DNA of 64,000 nucleotides from Vicugna vicugna (lineage: Eukaryota), in assembly GCA_013265495.1 (NCBI GenBank), contig MU057711.1:2492844-2556843 (forward strand), in the 5' to 3' direction. The notes under the pieces are model-generated. The model saw nothing but the letters and a program-made list of their open reading frames with translations. It did not search any database and was not told the DNA's origin. The translations under genes were made by a program, and so were the position numbers. Below are positions 22,081 to 34,119 of this stretch, piece after piece. Position 1 is the stretch's first letter. Each line of letters starts with the position of its first letter.

Positions 22081-22960
22081 TCTTAATTACTATAGCTTTG
22101 TAATTTATTTTGATCTCCAGTAGGGCAAGATCTCCTCATTCTCACCACACACACAAACATCCCATTTTTTTAAAAACTTTTTCTTGATGACCCGGTAGTT
22201 CTACTCTTAGGAATATGCCCTACAAATTCGGGCATAAATGTGGATCAAAAGACAAGTACCAGAACGCTGTTTGCAATATCTCCAAGCTGGAAACTACCCA
22301 AATGCCTGTGAACAGTAAAATAGATAAATAGATGGTGAGATAGTTGTACATTGGGATAGTACACAGAAATGAGAATAAACAATTGACAGCTTACAACAAC
22401 GTGGATGAATTGCACAATCATGATGTTGAGTGAAAGAGGCCAGATGCAAAAAAGTACAAACGGTACGATTCCAGGCTTAGGTGAAGCTAGTTGATGAAGA
22501 CAGAGGCCAGGAGAATGGTTACCCTTAAGGGTGGTAGTGACTGCAGCAGGGTACAAGGAGGTCTTCTGGGGCAGCATTCTATTTCTTAATCTGAATCTTG
22601 GTGAAATGGTATGTTTCACTTTGTAAAACTTCACTGAGCTGTACAGTTCTAATTTGTGCACTTTTCTGAGTGCATGCTATTTTTGTATGATGGTCCTCCT
22701 TAGGATTTTTAGAATCAGCTTATCGAGTTCAACGAAAAGTGCTATTGGGGTCTTGGTTGGAATTGCATTATATTATGGGTGAATTTGGGCAGATTTGTGC
22801 TCTTTACAACATTGGTTCTTTTCCTCCATGAACATGGTATATCTCCACAGAAGATCAACCTTTACATCACTTCAGTAAAGTTTTATGGTTTTCTCCAGAG
22901 CCCTGTGAATTTCTGACTGGATTTATTCTGAGGTGTGGTTGTTATTGTGAAGGGTTTTTT
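22081..22960 (-). mobile_element. Old L1 ORF2 fragments, interrupted by 22186-22685
   Basis: CTTAATTACTATAGCTTTGTAAT...TAGGGCAAG then TTTAGAATCAGCTT...GGTTGGAATTGCATT...CCATGAACATGGTATATCTCCA. Confidence 0.65.
22186..22685 (+). mobile_element. Old L1 (L1MC/ME-like) ORF2 end and 3' UTR
   Basis: GACCCGGTAGTTCTACTCTTAGGAATAT...CTGGAAACTACCCAAATG...GTGGATGAAT...TTTGTGCACTTTTCTG. Confidence 0.8.
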
Positions 22961-22984
22961 AAAATCTTTTATATTTTCAATTCT

Positions 22985-23429
22985 TTTTAAAAAAAATTGT
23001 GGTAAAACATACAAAACACAAAATTTACCATTTTAACCATTTTAAAGTATACAGTTCAGTGATATTAAGTGTATTCACATTGTTGTGCAACCATCACCAT
23101 CATCCATCTCCAGAATGTTTTAATCTTCTCAGACTGAAACTCTGTACCCACTAAACACTATCCCCTCTCCCTCAGCTCCTGGAAACCACTGTTCTGTTTA
23201 CTGTCTCTATGAATGTACCTGTTATATGTACCTCAAATAAGTGGGATCAGACAATATTGGATCTGAAATTGACTGCCTTATTTCACTTAGCATAATGTCT
23301 TCAAGGTTCATGCATGTTATAGCATGTGTCAGAATCTCATTCCTTTCTAAGGCTAATTCTATTGGATGTATATTCCACATTTTATTTCACCCATCTATGA
23401 TCATTTGGGTTGTTTCTACCTCTTGGCTA
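22985..23429 (-). mobile_element. L1MB-like 3' end
   Basis: TTGTGGTAAAACATAC...AAATTTACCATTTTAACCATTTTAAAGTATACAGTTCAGTG...TTCACTTAGCATAATGTCTTCAAGGTTCAT. Confidence 0.85.
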
Positions 23430-23445
23430 TTCTACCTCTTGGCTA

Positions 23446-23685
23446 GGACCAGTACAAAGGCCAGATCCTGCCTCAGGTTGAGACAACTCTGAAGGGCCTT
23501 CAGGATTCCAAAGCCTTCTGCGGGGTGGCCAGAGGTCTCTGTTCTAGCAGGATCGCTGCCCAGCTTCTCCCTCTGTCCAACCCAGATTCTCTCACCCTCA
23601 GGGCGGGGCCCCTGAGAGGACTCCTGACAGTCCCGCAAGCATAACTCTTCATTTCATCACGTCCTTGGGGTGCACTCTAAGAGAG
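23446..23685 (+). mobile_element. 5'-truncated ERVL LTR (LTR16A-like)
   Basis: CCTCAGGTTGAGACAACTCTGAAGGGCC...CTTCTCCCTCTGTCCAACCC. Confidence 0.55.
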
Positions 23686-23926
23686 ATTGTACTAAATTTA
23701 AATAAAAGAACTATTTTAGAATTTTCAAATTTCCCATTTTTCATGCACACACATGCACGCACACACATACATACATTTGGGGACAGTTTAAAATATTGCA
23801 GAGTGAGGAAGAAATATTGTTAATTTAGTTGATGAAGGATCAAACTAGGGATCTTCAGTTACTTTATTTCTTTCCCAATGTTATACAGATAAATGTACAG
23901 TGCCCATTTAAAAACACTGCAGTTTT

Positions 23927-24057
23927 GTGGGGTGAGGGGTATAGTTCAGGGATAGAGCATGTGCTTGGCTTGCATGAGGTCCTGAGTTCAATCCCCAGTG
24001 CCCTTATTAAGGGGAAAATATGGAAAATATATTAAAATTGTGCAGTAAAAATATTTA
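23927..24057 (+). mobile_element. tRNA-derived SINE, camelid vic-1 type
   Basis: GGGGTATAGTTCAGGGATAGAGCATGTGCTTGGCTTGCATGAGGTCCTGAGTTCAATCCCCAGT; perfect 17-bp TSD AAAAACACTGCAGTTTT at 23910-23926 and 24058-24074. Confidence 0.9.
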
Positions 24058-24074
24058 AAAAACACTGCAGTTTT

Positions 24075-24268
24075 AAAATAGATAGCACTTACATAACATT
24101 TGCTACATGCCAGGCACTCTGTTAAGCACTTTACATATAGGATCCATCTTGTCCTCACCATAATCATATGAGGTTATAGTGTTATTATTGGCGTTCATTA
24201 GACAGCATTTTAAGTTGAGGAAAGTGAGGCTCAGAGAGGTTAAGTAACTTTTCTGAGATCACACAGAT
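24075..24268 (-). mobile_element. MIR SINE
   Basis: TGCCAGGCACTCTGTTAAGCACTTTACATAT...TGAGGAAAGTGAGGCTCAGAGAGGTTAAGTAACTT. Confidence 0.85.
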
Positions 24269-25010
24269 GTGTCAGAGTTTGATCAGGGAAGCAGAACCTC
24301 AATAAGTAATACAGAAAATGAATTTATTATGGGCGTTAGACCTTATGTAATTGGGCAGGCTGTTACCTCTGCATCTGGGTCTTTTTTTTTTTAATTGAAG
24401 TATAGTCTGTTTACAGTGTGTCTATTTTTGGTGTATAGTGTAATATTTCAGCCATATATGTACGTACACATATTCATTTTCATATTCCTTTTCATTATGG
24501 GTTACTATAAGGTATTGAATATGGTTCCCTGTGCTCTGTAGAAGAAACTTGTTCTTTCTCTGCATCTGGGGTTGAGCCTAAAGTCACTCTGAGTGATGCC
24601 AGGGAAGGAAAGCTGGATGTGGATAAGAGTGAGGACAGATTAGAAGTAGTGTCTGTCTCTCACCTTCTCCAACCTGGGTGCCCAGGGTGACCTGCAGGAG
24701 AAGCTGATGTGCTTTACCACAGGGCTGCATACACACCTGGCCCAGAACTGGAAGATGCTGAGGGAGATCTGGAAGGAGCTGGAGAAGCCAGGTGCCACCC
24801 CTGTCAACGAGAATGGCCAGCAGATCGCTGGCAGTGTAGGTAAGCTGCCACAGGGCCTGGGACCCTGCGTGACCCCAGAGCACAAAATGTACAGCAGCTG
24901 CTTCAACCCCGCCTTCCAGACCTCACACATAAGGTCTGTTTTGGCCAACACTACCTCAGAACCATAGCGAAGTTCTGGGACAATGTGGTTCCAGCTTAGC
25001 TGAGTTGAGG
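24268..25010 (-). mobile_element. ERVL-type solo LTR split by an L1 fragment
   Basis: TGTGTCAGAGTTTGATCAGGGAAGCAGAACC...TTTATTATGGG...GACCTTATGTAATTG and end GTTCTGGGACAATGTGGTTCCAGCTTAGCTGAGTTGA; subfamily not resolved. Confidence 0.6.
24380..24557 (-). mobile_element. Young L1 3' UTR fragment
   Basis: Poly-T then AATTGAAGTATAGTC...TTCCCTGTGCTCTGTAGAAGAAACTTG; perfect 13-bp TSD CTCTGCATCTGGG at 24367-24379 and 24558-24570. Confidence 0.9.
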
Positions 25011-26289
25011 CAGTGGAGGAGTGATTGCAGATACTAACAGGTAAAGCCAGAATCCAGACTTGTCTGTCTTCCACTAAAGCCCACAGGGTGTGACTTTCAC
25101 TTTGTCCAGTCAGAGAAGGTAGGTAAGGGGCCGAAGGAGGTGTGGGGTCACACCCACCTATGTGACTTCCAGGCTGGTCTGTGGGTGAAGTGACCTGGTG
25201 CACCGGTAGGTAGTGGTGACTATAGCAAACACATGTGCTGTCTAAAGGGTCTAAAGCTCTAGCCAACTGTAGCCATTCAGAAGTGTGAGCACAGTGTGGC
25301 CAGATAATCTGGTTTTTTTTTTTTTCACTATAAGCTGGAGATACAAAATTTGAAGTGTGCGTGTGTGTGTACATGAAATCTGCCACTTGAATATGCTGGG
25401 AACCAATTATTTCAGATATTGCTGTGTAAGCCAAACAGACTCTGACTATGATCGAATTTGACTTCTGGGAGCCCAGTTTGTGACTTTTGACTGTTATGAT
25501 CTCTAACCTTATGGTCCTTCTTGTTCTGGCAGATTCTCCCTAACATGCTCGCTTAGCTCTTGAGCCACTGACGGAAGGTGTCCCCATTTTCTCAGAAGAC
25601 TAGGAGGCAGGCCCACCCTCTGGTTGCAGCCCCCACACCAGGATGGTCCCTAAAGCCTGGTTCCTATCCCTTCTCCTTGCTTGTAGCCGCATCTCAACGA
25701 GGGAGATGTCCCGGCCAGACTCAGCCAGTCAGAAAGGTTTGATCAGATTTGAGGCAAGGACTGGACTTTTTGTATCCACTCCTGGTGCCCCCTCTCCCCT
25801 TCATTCCCTAGCTACATCAGTGCTTTTTCCCTCCTGCACTAAAGAAAATAGATTTTATTCTCTAATATGAAAACATTTTTATGTTTACAGCTGCACATTC
25901 ATAAATGCAAAAATGTACTCAGGGAAACTATGTTTGTTGATGCATGTTTTCACTTTATTGCTTGGTCTTCCTCACTTTCTGTTCTCCCTCTTCCTCCCAA
26001 CTCATGCTTGCAAGCTAGAAGTATCCTTTCAGGTCTCTGTCCATTCTCACATAGCCACATGTGCACATATCACACAGAGGGTCTTCTCCATCATTGTTTG
26101 TATCATCAAAACAAGATATTACATGTGCTTCTCTATGTGTGCATGTCACATTCCTCCTCCGATGGTGTGGAAATCCCTTAGTCTAGCTGTAATTCATTCC
26201 TCATACAGGCTGAGGAGTTGGCTAGGTTGTGCTGTGCCATCAGTCAGTCATTTTCCATGGCTGGACACTCAGGCTGAGTATTCATTAAA

Positions 26290-26590
26290 GTGAGCCTACG
26301 CTGTGGCCACAAGGCAACCATGAAATTGCAGCACCTGAACACAGCAAGAGTTTATTTCTCATTCCTGTCCCAATGCAGTGTGGTTGGGCAGCCCTGGGAT
26401 GGTGTTCTCCAAACAAGGACTCAGAGATTGGGCGGTCTCCACAGAGGGGAAGAGAGGGTAGGGGATCATGCAGTGGGCTTTATGGCCACACATCACTTCT
26501 TCCCCCAGTCCATTAGCTAGAACCCAGTCACGTGGTCCCGACCATGCTGCAAGGGAGGCTGGGAAGCCAAGTCTTCCGTTGTGTCAGTCT
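26290..26590 (-). mobile_element. MaLR LTR (MLT1I/J-like)
   Basis: CAAGAGTTTATTTCTCATTC...CCATTAGCTAGAACCCAGTCACGTGG...TGCAAGGGAGGCTGGGAA. Confidence 0.7.
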
Positions 26591-26724
26591 GCCACACTTT
26601 CCTTTGAGAGTTTTTTTTTTAACCATATAAATAATAATTCAATAAGCATGTTTTGTCATTTGTCTTTAGGATAGGGTAGTTTAACTGATTCTATCAGGTT
26701 AAGATTGCTGGGTCAAAGGAAATC

Positions 26725-26792
26725 TATATATATATGTAAATATATATATATACACACACACACATACACACACACACATATATATATATATA
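26725..26792. repeat. (TA)n(CA)n(TA)n compound microsatellite
   Basis: Direct reading. Confidence 0.95.
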
Positions 26793-27539
26793 AAATGCAA
26801 AATTTTAACGTAACTCCTAAAGTTTTAATTGGTGTTGCCAGATTTCTTCCAAAAGAGACAGCAATAATTTACATATTCAGCAGCAACATATGAACGTAGC
26901 TTTTCCCTAAATCCCTGCCAGCAATTGCGTTCTTGTTCTTTTAAATTTCCTCTGTGATATCTCATTGTCAGTTTAATTTGCATTTCCCTGACCACTAATG
27001 AGTGCGAACATCTTTTCATTTGTTTGTGGCCATTTGGCTTCATTCTTTTGTGAATTGCCTATTCAAGTCCTTTGCCATAATTTCTTTTGGGTTGTTTGCC
27101 CTTTTCTCTTCACTTTGTAAGAGCCCTTTGTATATTATAGATGGTAACCCCTTGTCCTCTGCATCACAAATATTTTTTCCCAATTGGCTGTTTGTCTATT
27201 AACTTTGCTTTTGGCATCTTTTGCCCTACAAAAGATGAACACTTTTATGTAGTCAAGCGGCTCAGTCTTTTTAATTTCTGTACTCTGGGTTTGCGTTCTT
27301 CGAAGGTCTCTCCTTACTCGGGTCCTTTAAGAAGCTACTTTCCCTTCATGCACTGTGAACTGGAAGAGGCTTCCCTTCTCTCCTCTCCTGGGTATTTGCA
27401 GCCACTCTTGCTACTCTTGGCCATGTGAGGACCAAGGGCCCAGACCTGATTCCTACGAAACTCTCCAGACTTTAGGTAGCTGAGAGAGCCAGGTCACCCA
27501 GATGGAGGCCAGGGAGGTGGTGTGAACCTGGAGGGGCCC

Positions 27540-27960
27540 TGGGCTTGGCATCTGAGAGCCAGGCTAACAGAACTAGTTTTGAGTTGCCTGCATAACCTTG
27601 GCCGAATCACTTGGCCTCTTTGGCCCTCAGTTGCCTCACTTGCAACATAGGGCATTATCCTTTCCTGGCTGTGAATCTTAAATGATAAAATAAAGTTCAG
27701 GCACTCTGCAGGCTTTGACAGACCATATAGAGGTTGAGATGCAACAGTAATGTGACAACTGACAATTTCTGAGTCTTGACAAGAAGTGACTTTACCCCCA
27801 TCATCTCATTTAATTTGTTGCCATCCTAAGTCATAGGTTTCATTACCTCTTCTTAGAAATAAAGAAACATAGGCCCAGAGTGGGTAAGTTACATGCCCAT
27901 GGTTGCACAGTGAATTAGTTATAAGGTAAAGATTCCAGAATTTGATTTATCCCTAACCCC
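27540..27960. mobile_element. Two MIRs tail-to-tail (+ then -)
   Basis: CCTTGGCCGAATCACTTGGCCTCTTTGGCCCTCAGTTGCCTCAC then GAAACATAGGCCCAGAGTGGGTAAGTTACATGCCC. Confidence 0.6.
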
Positions 27961-28419
27961 TGTGTGTGTATGTGTGTGTGTGTGTATCATGGCTGAACTT
28001 TACAGTATTTTAGAGAGAATATGCAGAGCTTGAAGGTTAATGCAAAAAGCATGGGAAATGTTGTAAAACATTCTAGGTGTTTCCCGGGAGGACCATCTTC
28101 CTGACATTCAAAGTTATTAAAATCTGTCTAAGTGGGCAAGGGTGGCATCCAAGCAAGACTGGGGCCAGAAGGATGCATGAGGCATCTGATGGAAAAGGGG
28201 CTGATGCCCATGCTGAGGGAGCGGAGCACTGGTGTGGAAGGCACTGAGGCACCACGGGTCTGGGGCTCATGGAGCTGAGGTGGCTCTGAGGGGCAGGACT
28301 GGGGGCAGGGGCCCAGCCAGGCTTACACTGGGCTGTGGTCTAAATAGCTGAGGAGTGGAGAGCCATGTTTGTAGGAGGTATGGCTGCCCACCTCTGCAGC
28401 CTCTAAATCCCTGCGTTGA

Positions 28420-28969
28420 AATGGCAGGCACTGTGATCACCTCCCACAGCCTTACTCCTCTTTCCTGCTAATAAAACTCTAATTAGATGGCCATGTCCTT
28501 AGGGGAGAATGGTGGTCCTCTCAGTCAAGGAGATCAATTTTGACCAGACTAAACCAATCACAGTGATGCCATTCTCCCAGGCAGAGATGGGCCTGTGTTG
28601 CAATTCTGGCCAAATAAGGCATGAAGAGAAGTCAAGAGAGGGGCCCTCCTTGGTTTCTAAAATGAGGCTCAAAGTAAGGATGTTTCGTTTTTCCAGCTTT
28701 GGATATTACTATGTGAGGATGTGATGCTTGGCACTGCTGCAGCCATCCTGTAACCATGAGGAGAAGGACCAGCTCTCTAAGGGAGGCCAAGCAGAACAAG
28801 TGGAAACATGATGGTTAGGAGTGATGATGCAATTGACCCAATAAACTGACCAAATCCAGAAGGCTCAATCTCTGCACTCATTGTTTTGTGAGATGATACA
28901 TTTCTCTTATTTAAACCACTTTGAGTTGGGTGCTCTGTTAATTGCAGTCGAGTGCAGCCTGTCTGTACA
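28420..28969 (+). mobile_element. MaLR LTR (MLT1J/K-like)
   Basis: GCTGCAGCCATCCTGTAACCATGAG...TTTAAACCACTTTGAGTTGGGTGCTCTGTTAATTGCAG...GTACA. Confidence 0.75.
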
Positions 28970-29455
28970 TTTTGCAGGGATAAGAACAGAAAGAGAGTGA
29001 GAAGGTGAGGGAGACATTATCTAGTTAAGATAATTATCAAGTGCTTTAATCTTGGGACCCCTTTACACTTTTAAATGTATTGAGGATCCCAAAGAACTTT
29101 TATTTATGTGGCTTACAGCTATCGATATTTACTGTATTAGAAATTAAAAGTGAGAAAAATTTAAAATATTTATTCATTAATTTTTTAAAAGTCCTCTCTT
29201 ATGTTAACATAGTTTTTTTTTTCTAATGAAAAAGAACTAGATTTCCCCAAACAAAAACGATTTGGTAAGAAGAGTGGCCTTGTTTTTCACTCTTGCAACT
29301 CTCCTAATGTCTGGTTTAATAGAAGACAGCTGGATTCTTCCACCGGCTTCTGCATCCAATTTGTTCCAACATCACATGTCCTGAAGCCTCTGGAAAACTC
29401 CACTGTCCGCTCCTGAAGGAACGAGAGTGAAAAAGGCAAATGATGTCTCAGGATT

Positions 29456-29987
29456 TGTATTAGTTTTCTGTGGCTGCTGTAACAAATTACCTCAACTCGG
29501 GTGACTTACAACAGAAATGTACTCTCTCACAAGTCCAGATGGAGAAATCCAAAGTCCAGCCGTCAGCAGGTAGGGGTGGGGAGGTGGGNNNNNNNNNNNN
29601 NNNNNNNNNNNNNNNNNNNNNNNNNNNNNNNNNNNNNNNNNNNNNNNNNNNNNNNNNNNNNNNNNNNGGGGGGCGTTTCCTTCAGAGGCTCTAGGGGAGA
29701 GTCTGTCCCTTGCCTCCTCCAGCTTCTGGTGTCTGTCTGTGTTCCTAGACTTGCAGCTGTGTCACGCTGATCTCTGCCTCTGTCTTCACATCACCTTCTC
29801 CTTCGTGTGTCCGTCTTACAAGGACACTTGTCCTTGGATTTAGGGCCCACCCAGATCATCCAGGCTGATCTCCTCACCTCAAGATCCTTAACGTAATTAC
29901 ATCTGCAGAGACCTTTTTTCCAACTAAGGTCACAGTCACAGTTTCTGGGGATTGGGACATGGAAATGTCTTTTAGAGGACCACTCCA
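29456..29987 (-). mobile_element. MaLR LTR (MLT1C-like)
   Basis: TGTATTAGTTTTCTGTGGCTGCTGTAACAAATTAC...GGATTTAGGGCCCACCCAGAT; 5-bp TSD GGATT / GTATT at 29451-29455 and 29988-29992. Confidence 0.9.
29589..29667. other. Assembly gap (79 N)
   Basis: Run of N flanked by G tracts. Confidence 1.
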
Positions 29988-30849
29988 GTATTATTCTAGA
30001 AATAATTTTAGCCTGCAGACCCCCAGAAAGGATCTTGAGGGTTCCTGGGGTACTTGGACCCCACTTTTGACCTCTGGTTTCCCTGGCTTCCATGAACCCG
30101 TGCCGAAGTAGGCCCCAAGGCAAACGGTGGAAGGAGGGCCAAATATGCTTTGCCTAATAAGCCAATGAAAGCATAGTTTCCAGCGAGAGTCCTCAGGGAG
30201 ACATTCCAGAAAAAGGAGAAGAGGCGTGTCCAGTGTGTGAGAGAGGACCAGACCAGGTGGGAGGCTGGGAGTAGGGGAACAATGGTAGGTGAAGGGCTCT
30301 AAGTACAGGGATGCCCAGTACGGGGTTGTTTGCTCTCGGGTACTGTGATATAACCTCCTCCATCATCCTAAAACCGATCAAGGCTGATGTTCACAAAGAG
30401 CTTTGAATAAGTGATACTGGAAGAGAGAGAGGGTATTCAAGGGAAGTGGCTGAGGCATCTGTCTGGGGCAGGGATTGGACAAGATATGGTGGGCAGGATG
30501 GTGATAGACCCATCACTGACCAGCTCAGATCAGGACTTGGAGGGCAGGAGTGATGGAGAAAACCTAAGAGATTTCCCCAGAGATTGTGAGAGGGCTTTCC
30601 CTTCCTGAGGCCCCAGAGAGATCAGCCTGGCTGGTTGGCAGGCAGAAGACAAGTACCGTAACCAAACTTAACCAATACCCACGTTATGTAGTTGAACCAG
30701 GAACCCAGGAAAGAGACAGCTCAGACCTCTTCCCATGTCCCACCTCTCCAAGGGGGCTGTGAGGAGTCTCAGGACCCCTGAGTCATGTGGATCACATTTT
30801 AAACATCACAGCTTTGGTCCATCCCTCCCCATTTTACACATAGGGAATC

Positions 30850-31820
30850 ATAAAGAAAATGGTGGCTGATCGTACAAATGCAAAACCAACCCCAAACCCC
30901 ACAAACTCTTTTATGGCACAAAAATTACCATTAGAATGGAGGAAAAAAGGCAAAGTTGGAACGTATTGGCAATATCCATGAAAGGCAAAAGATGAATACT
31001 TCTAAAATGAAAAATAAAACAAGTAACCTCAGCCAAAAGAAAAATAGGCCAAAGCCATGAACAGGCAATTTGGAAAAGAAATATATGATGGCTAACTAAC
31101 ACGAAACAAGCTGTTCGATCTTACTACAAAATGAAAGAAATGAACAAATATCTATAATAAGCTATAATTTTTCATGTATCAGCTTGGCCATGACTGGCAA
31201 TTAAAGTAATTGATAGTACCCAGCTTTGGTAAGTGTGGAAGGAAAATTGACCCTTTGCGCAGTTGGAGGGAGAATTAATTGGAATAGTTGAACGGAGGGC
31301 AGCTAGAAAATGGGAGTCAAGGCGGAAAATGAGCCTGCCCTTTGCCTTCGCAGTCCCACTTCTGTAAAATGGGGACAGTAAAAGTCTCTATTTCAGTTAA
31401 TTTTTGAGAGACTTAAGTGAGCTAATCCATAAAAAGCATTTAACGCCATGCTTGGCAGAAAGGCCTTGAGATGTGTTAGCTATTACTAGGAATTGATCCT
31501 AGAACATAAATGTCCACGTGCAAAATGATATCTATTCCTGGGATGGTCCCTGCTGCTTTGTTTTCAACAGCGAAAAAAAAAAAAAAAGGGAAACAAATTG
31601 ATTGCTCAGTTCAAGAACTAAGGAGGCTAATTCCACAAGGGCAGAGCTCTCTTGTGATTGCAGATGAACCAGCAAAAGATCTGATGGTCCTTGACCAACA
31701 CTGTTTCTTGATCTGGACGCTGGTGTCAGATATGTTCACTCTGTGAAGTTTATCAAGCTGTATCCTTGTGATTTGTGCCCTTTTCTGCACATATGTTCTA
31801 CTTCAACAAAAAGTAAGAAA
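30850..31820 (+). mobile_element. Old L1 (L1ME-like) ORF2 end and 3' UTR with nested MIR at about 31350-31490
   Basis: AAAATAGGCCAAAGCCATGAACAGGCAATTT...ATGGCTAACTAACACG and TTTGTGCCCTTTTCTGCACATATGTTCTACTTCAAC. Confidence 0.65.
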
Positions 31821-32029
31821 CACCCTCCAGTATTAGAGCAGATCTCATCTAAATAAATATGTACATGTGTATGTATAGAAACAAGTCTAAAGGGACATTT
31901 ACTCCATTATATTTAAAATGGTTTCTGAGTGTTGAGAGTAAGAGCCATTTTTTATTTTCCTTTGTGTGTTTATCAGTATTGTCTGCTTGTCTTTATTGAG
32001 TATGTATTACTTCTATAATTAGGGGAAAA

Positions 32030-33830
32030 CATAGCCACAATTACAACTCTTTGGTTATCAGAGTCAGAAACCCAACTCAAACCTATATAAAGAATAAATG
32101 TAACTAATAGGCACCTGTGATTGAAAAATTTGGCAATGGATTTGGTTTCAGGCCTGGATGGCGACTCAAATGAAGTCGTGGGGAAGCTGTCCCACCTGGT
32201 TTCCCAGCCCTCTTGGAGTTTATTGGCCAACAGGGAAAGTGAGAACCAGGGGATGTGTATCCATGAGTCCAAGTGACCAGAGCTGCCGTACAGTGCCGAA
32301 CAGGGCACGTCCTCCCAGGGCCTCTGGAAGGAGGAGGCCATGGAGCTGGGCCTTGTAGGATGGCAGAATTTTTATGGGCAGTTGGGAGAGAAAAGGATTT
32401 CTCTGTGGAGCACAAAGCTCTCTAAAGCTGAGTACATGGTGGCGTGATGAGCATCTCGTTTGGTTGGAGTGTGAGGCTCATTATTAGAGAGAAGAATGAA
32501 AAGGTGGGCTGGGGTTTGATTGTAAGGACTCTTGAGTCCTAAAGGCATTAATCAGCTTTCTTTAGGTTTATAATGGAAGAACCTCTATTCAAATGGAATC
32601 ATTCAGATGTAGGGGTTTCAGGCACAGCTAGTTCCAGGTGCTCAAACTATATTTGTTATCAGGATAGAGTCTCTCTGATTCTTTTTCTCCTGGCTCTTGT
32701 TTCCTCCCTTTTGACTTGATTCTCAGAGAGTGCTCCTCATTGATGACATCAGGCCCAAATCCTACTTAGCAATCCCAGGGGACATAATATCTTTTTCCCA
32801 ATAACTCCAGGAAAAGCTCCAGGACTGATGCTCACTTGTTTATCTTTGTCCATGTGCTCATTGCTGCATCAATCACTGTGGCTGGGGATATGCTGTCTTG
32901 AGGATTCAGGTCTGGTCATGTGGTTACTTCTGGAACCGAGGGCTGGTTCACACAGGGATTCACACAAGTCACTCAGGAACAAGGAACTGTAATCAGATGA
33001 AGAGGCACTGCTTTCTGGGTAGGCGCAGCTGCAGCTGTCCAATAAAAGGATGACAGTCTTTTCTGGAGGCAATGATTCAAGCTGTCCAGAAGGAAGACAG
33101 CCTTTCACTGTGTGGGGGGCACTAGAACAGGAAATCCAGTTTACCCTTACATCTCCTCTTCCCCATGAGACTGGAAGCTCAATAAGGCTGGGTGCTGCTC
33201 TCGTCCACCCTTGCATTCTCCGTGCTGCCTAGCACATCCTGGGTGCGCAGGATGTGTGTGTATGTGTGTGTGGGGATTGCATTTCATGAAGTCCATGTAG
33301 TGACCTCTGTTTTAGCCAGATCTCTTTAGACGCAAGTGACCAACACTCAGTTCAAATAGACATAAATTAAACTGGGGAATTTACTGCCCCTCAAGTGATT
33401 AAAAGTCTGGGAGTACTTTGCTTCAGGTATGGCTGGATTCAACTGCTTAACAGATGTCATCAGGTCTCTCTCTCTTTCTCTTGGCCCCCCTCCATCTTTT
33501 TCCCATGCTTTCTTCAATTTGGCCTTACTCTCAGGCAGACTCTTGTGAGGTGGCATACGTGGTCCCCAGGAGCTCCAGGCTAATATCTTACCAGTTTAGC
33601 AACCCTAGTGGAAAGCAAATACCCCTTTCCTAATGATTCCATCCAGAGTCCTGCAACAGACTCTTAGTGGTCCAGCGTGGGTCACAGGACCAACTCTAAA
33701 ACAATCACTGGCCAGGGGATGAACGCTTTGATTGGCCAGCCCGGATCATGGGCTCATCTGTAAAGCCACAGGTGGCTGAGGCTGGTTCCTTAAGGTAAAT
33801 CAAAGTTACTGAAATAATGGATGTTTTCCA
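32030..33830 (-). mobile_element. Three old MaLR LTRs (MLT1K/L-like) at about 32030-32290, 32550-33000, 33310-33830
   Basis: CAGAAACCCAACTCAAAC; TTCAGGCACAGCTAGTTCCAGGTGCTCAAAC; CTTCAGGTATGGCTGGATTCAA; CAATCACTGTGGC. Confidence 0.65.
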
Positions 33831-34119
33831 AACAAAACTAACATGTACCCACCCATACTGACATCAGACCTTTGTGTTACCCTGGTTTGGGAGCCCAGGC
33901 AGAGCCTCTAGCTCTGAGCGCACCACTAACACCCTTTGGGAAGGACCCACGGCTCCCATCTCCAGAGACTCGCCCTGAGTGGGGCTGTGAAAGCAAAGAA
34001 CAGGGGAAAACCAGCCATCCTTCCCCTCTGGGGCTGCTGGTGCCAAGTTTCTGGCTGAGCTTCTCTTAGAAGACTGGATCACAAAGCTCTGGAAATGGGT
34101 GTTTGGGATGGAAACACAG

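Larger units (their letters stand above)
25850..27290 (-). mobile_element. Old L1 (L1ME-like) with nested MLT1 and microsatellite
   Basis: ORF2 remnant KQMKRCSHSLVVREMQIKLTMRYH (26825-27043, minus); TTTAATTTGCATTTCCCTGA. Confidence 0.7.
29036..30075. mobile_element. hAT-Charlie element (MER119/Charlie1 derivative) split by MLT1C
   Basis: GGACCCCTTTACACTTTTAAATGTATTGAGGATCCCAAAGAACTTTT...GCCTCTGGAAAACTCCACTG; resumes at 29988 with GTATTATT...GCAGACCCCCAGAAAGG. Confidence 0.75.

Noticed and set aside
24640..25434. Longest ORF (264 aa, minus) and overlapping 86-aa ORF
   Set aside because: They run through an ERVL-type LTR and a CA repeat, with no recognisable domain or exon structure.
27540..27960. 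Inverted MIR pair as a possible hairpin or miRNA source
   Set aside because: The arms are too diverged for me to find an extended complementary stem.
28245..28265. REST/RE1-like GCACCACGG
   Set aside because: Only the centre matches; the TCAG and ACAG flanks are absent.
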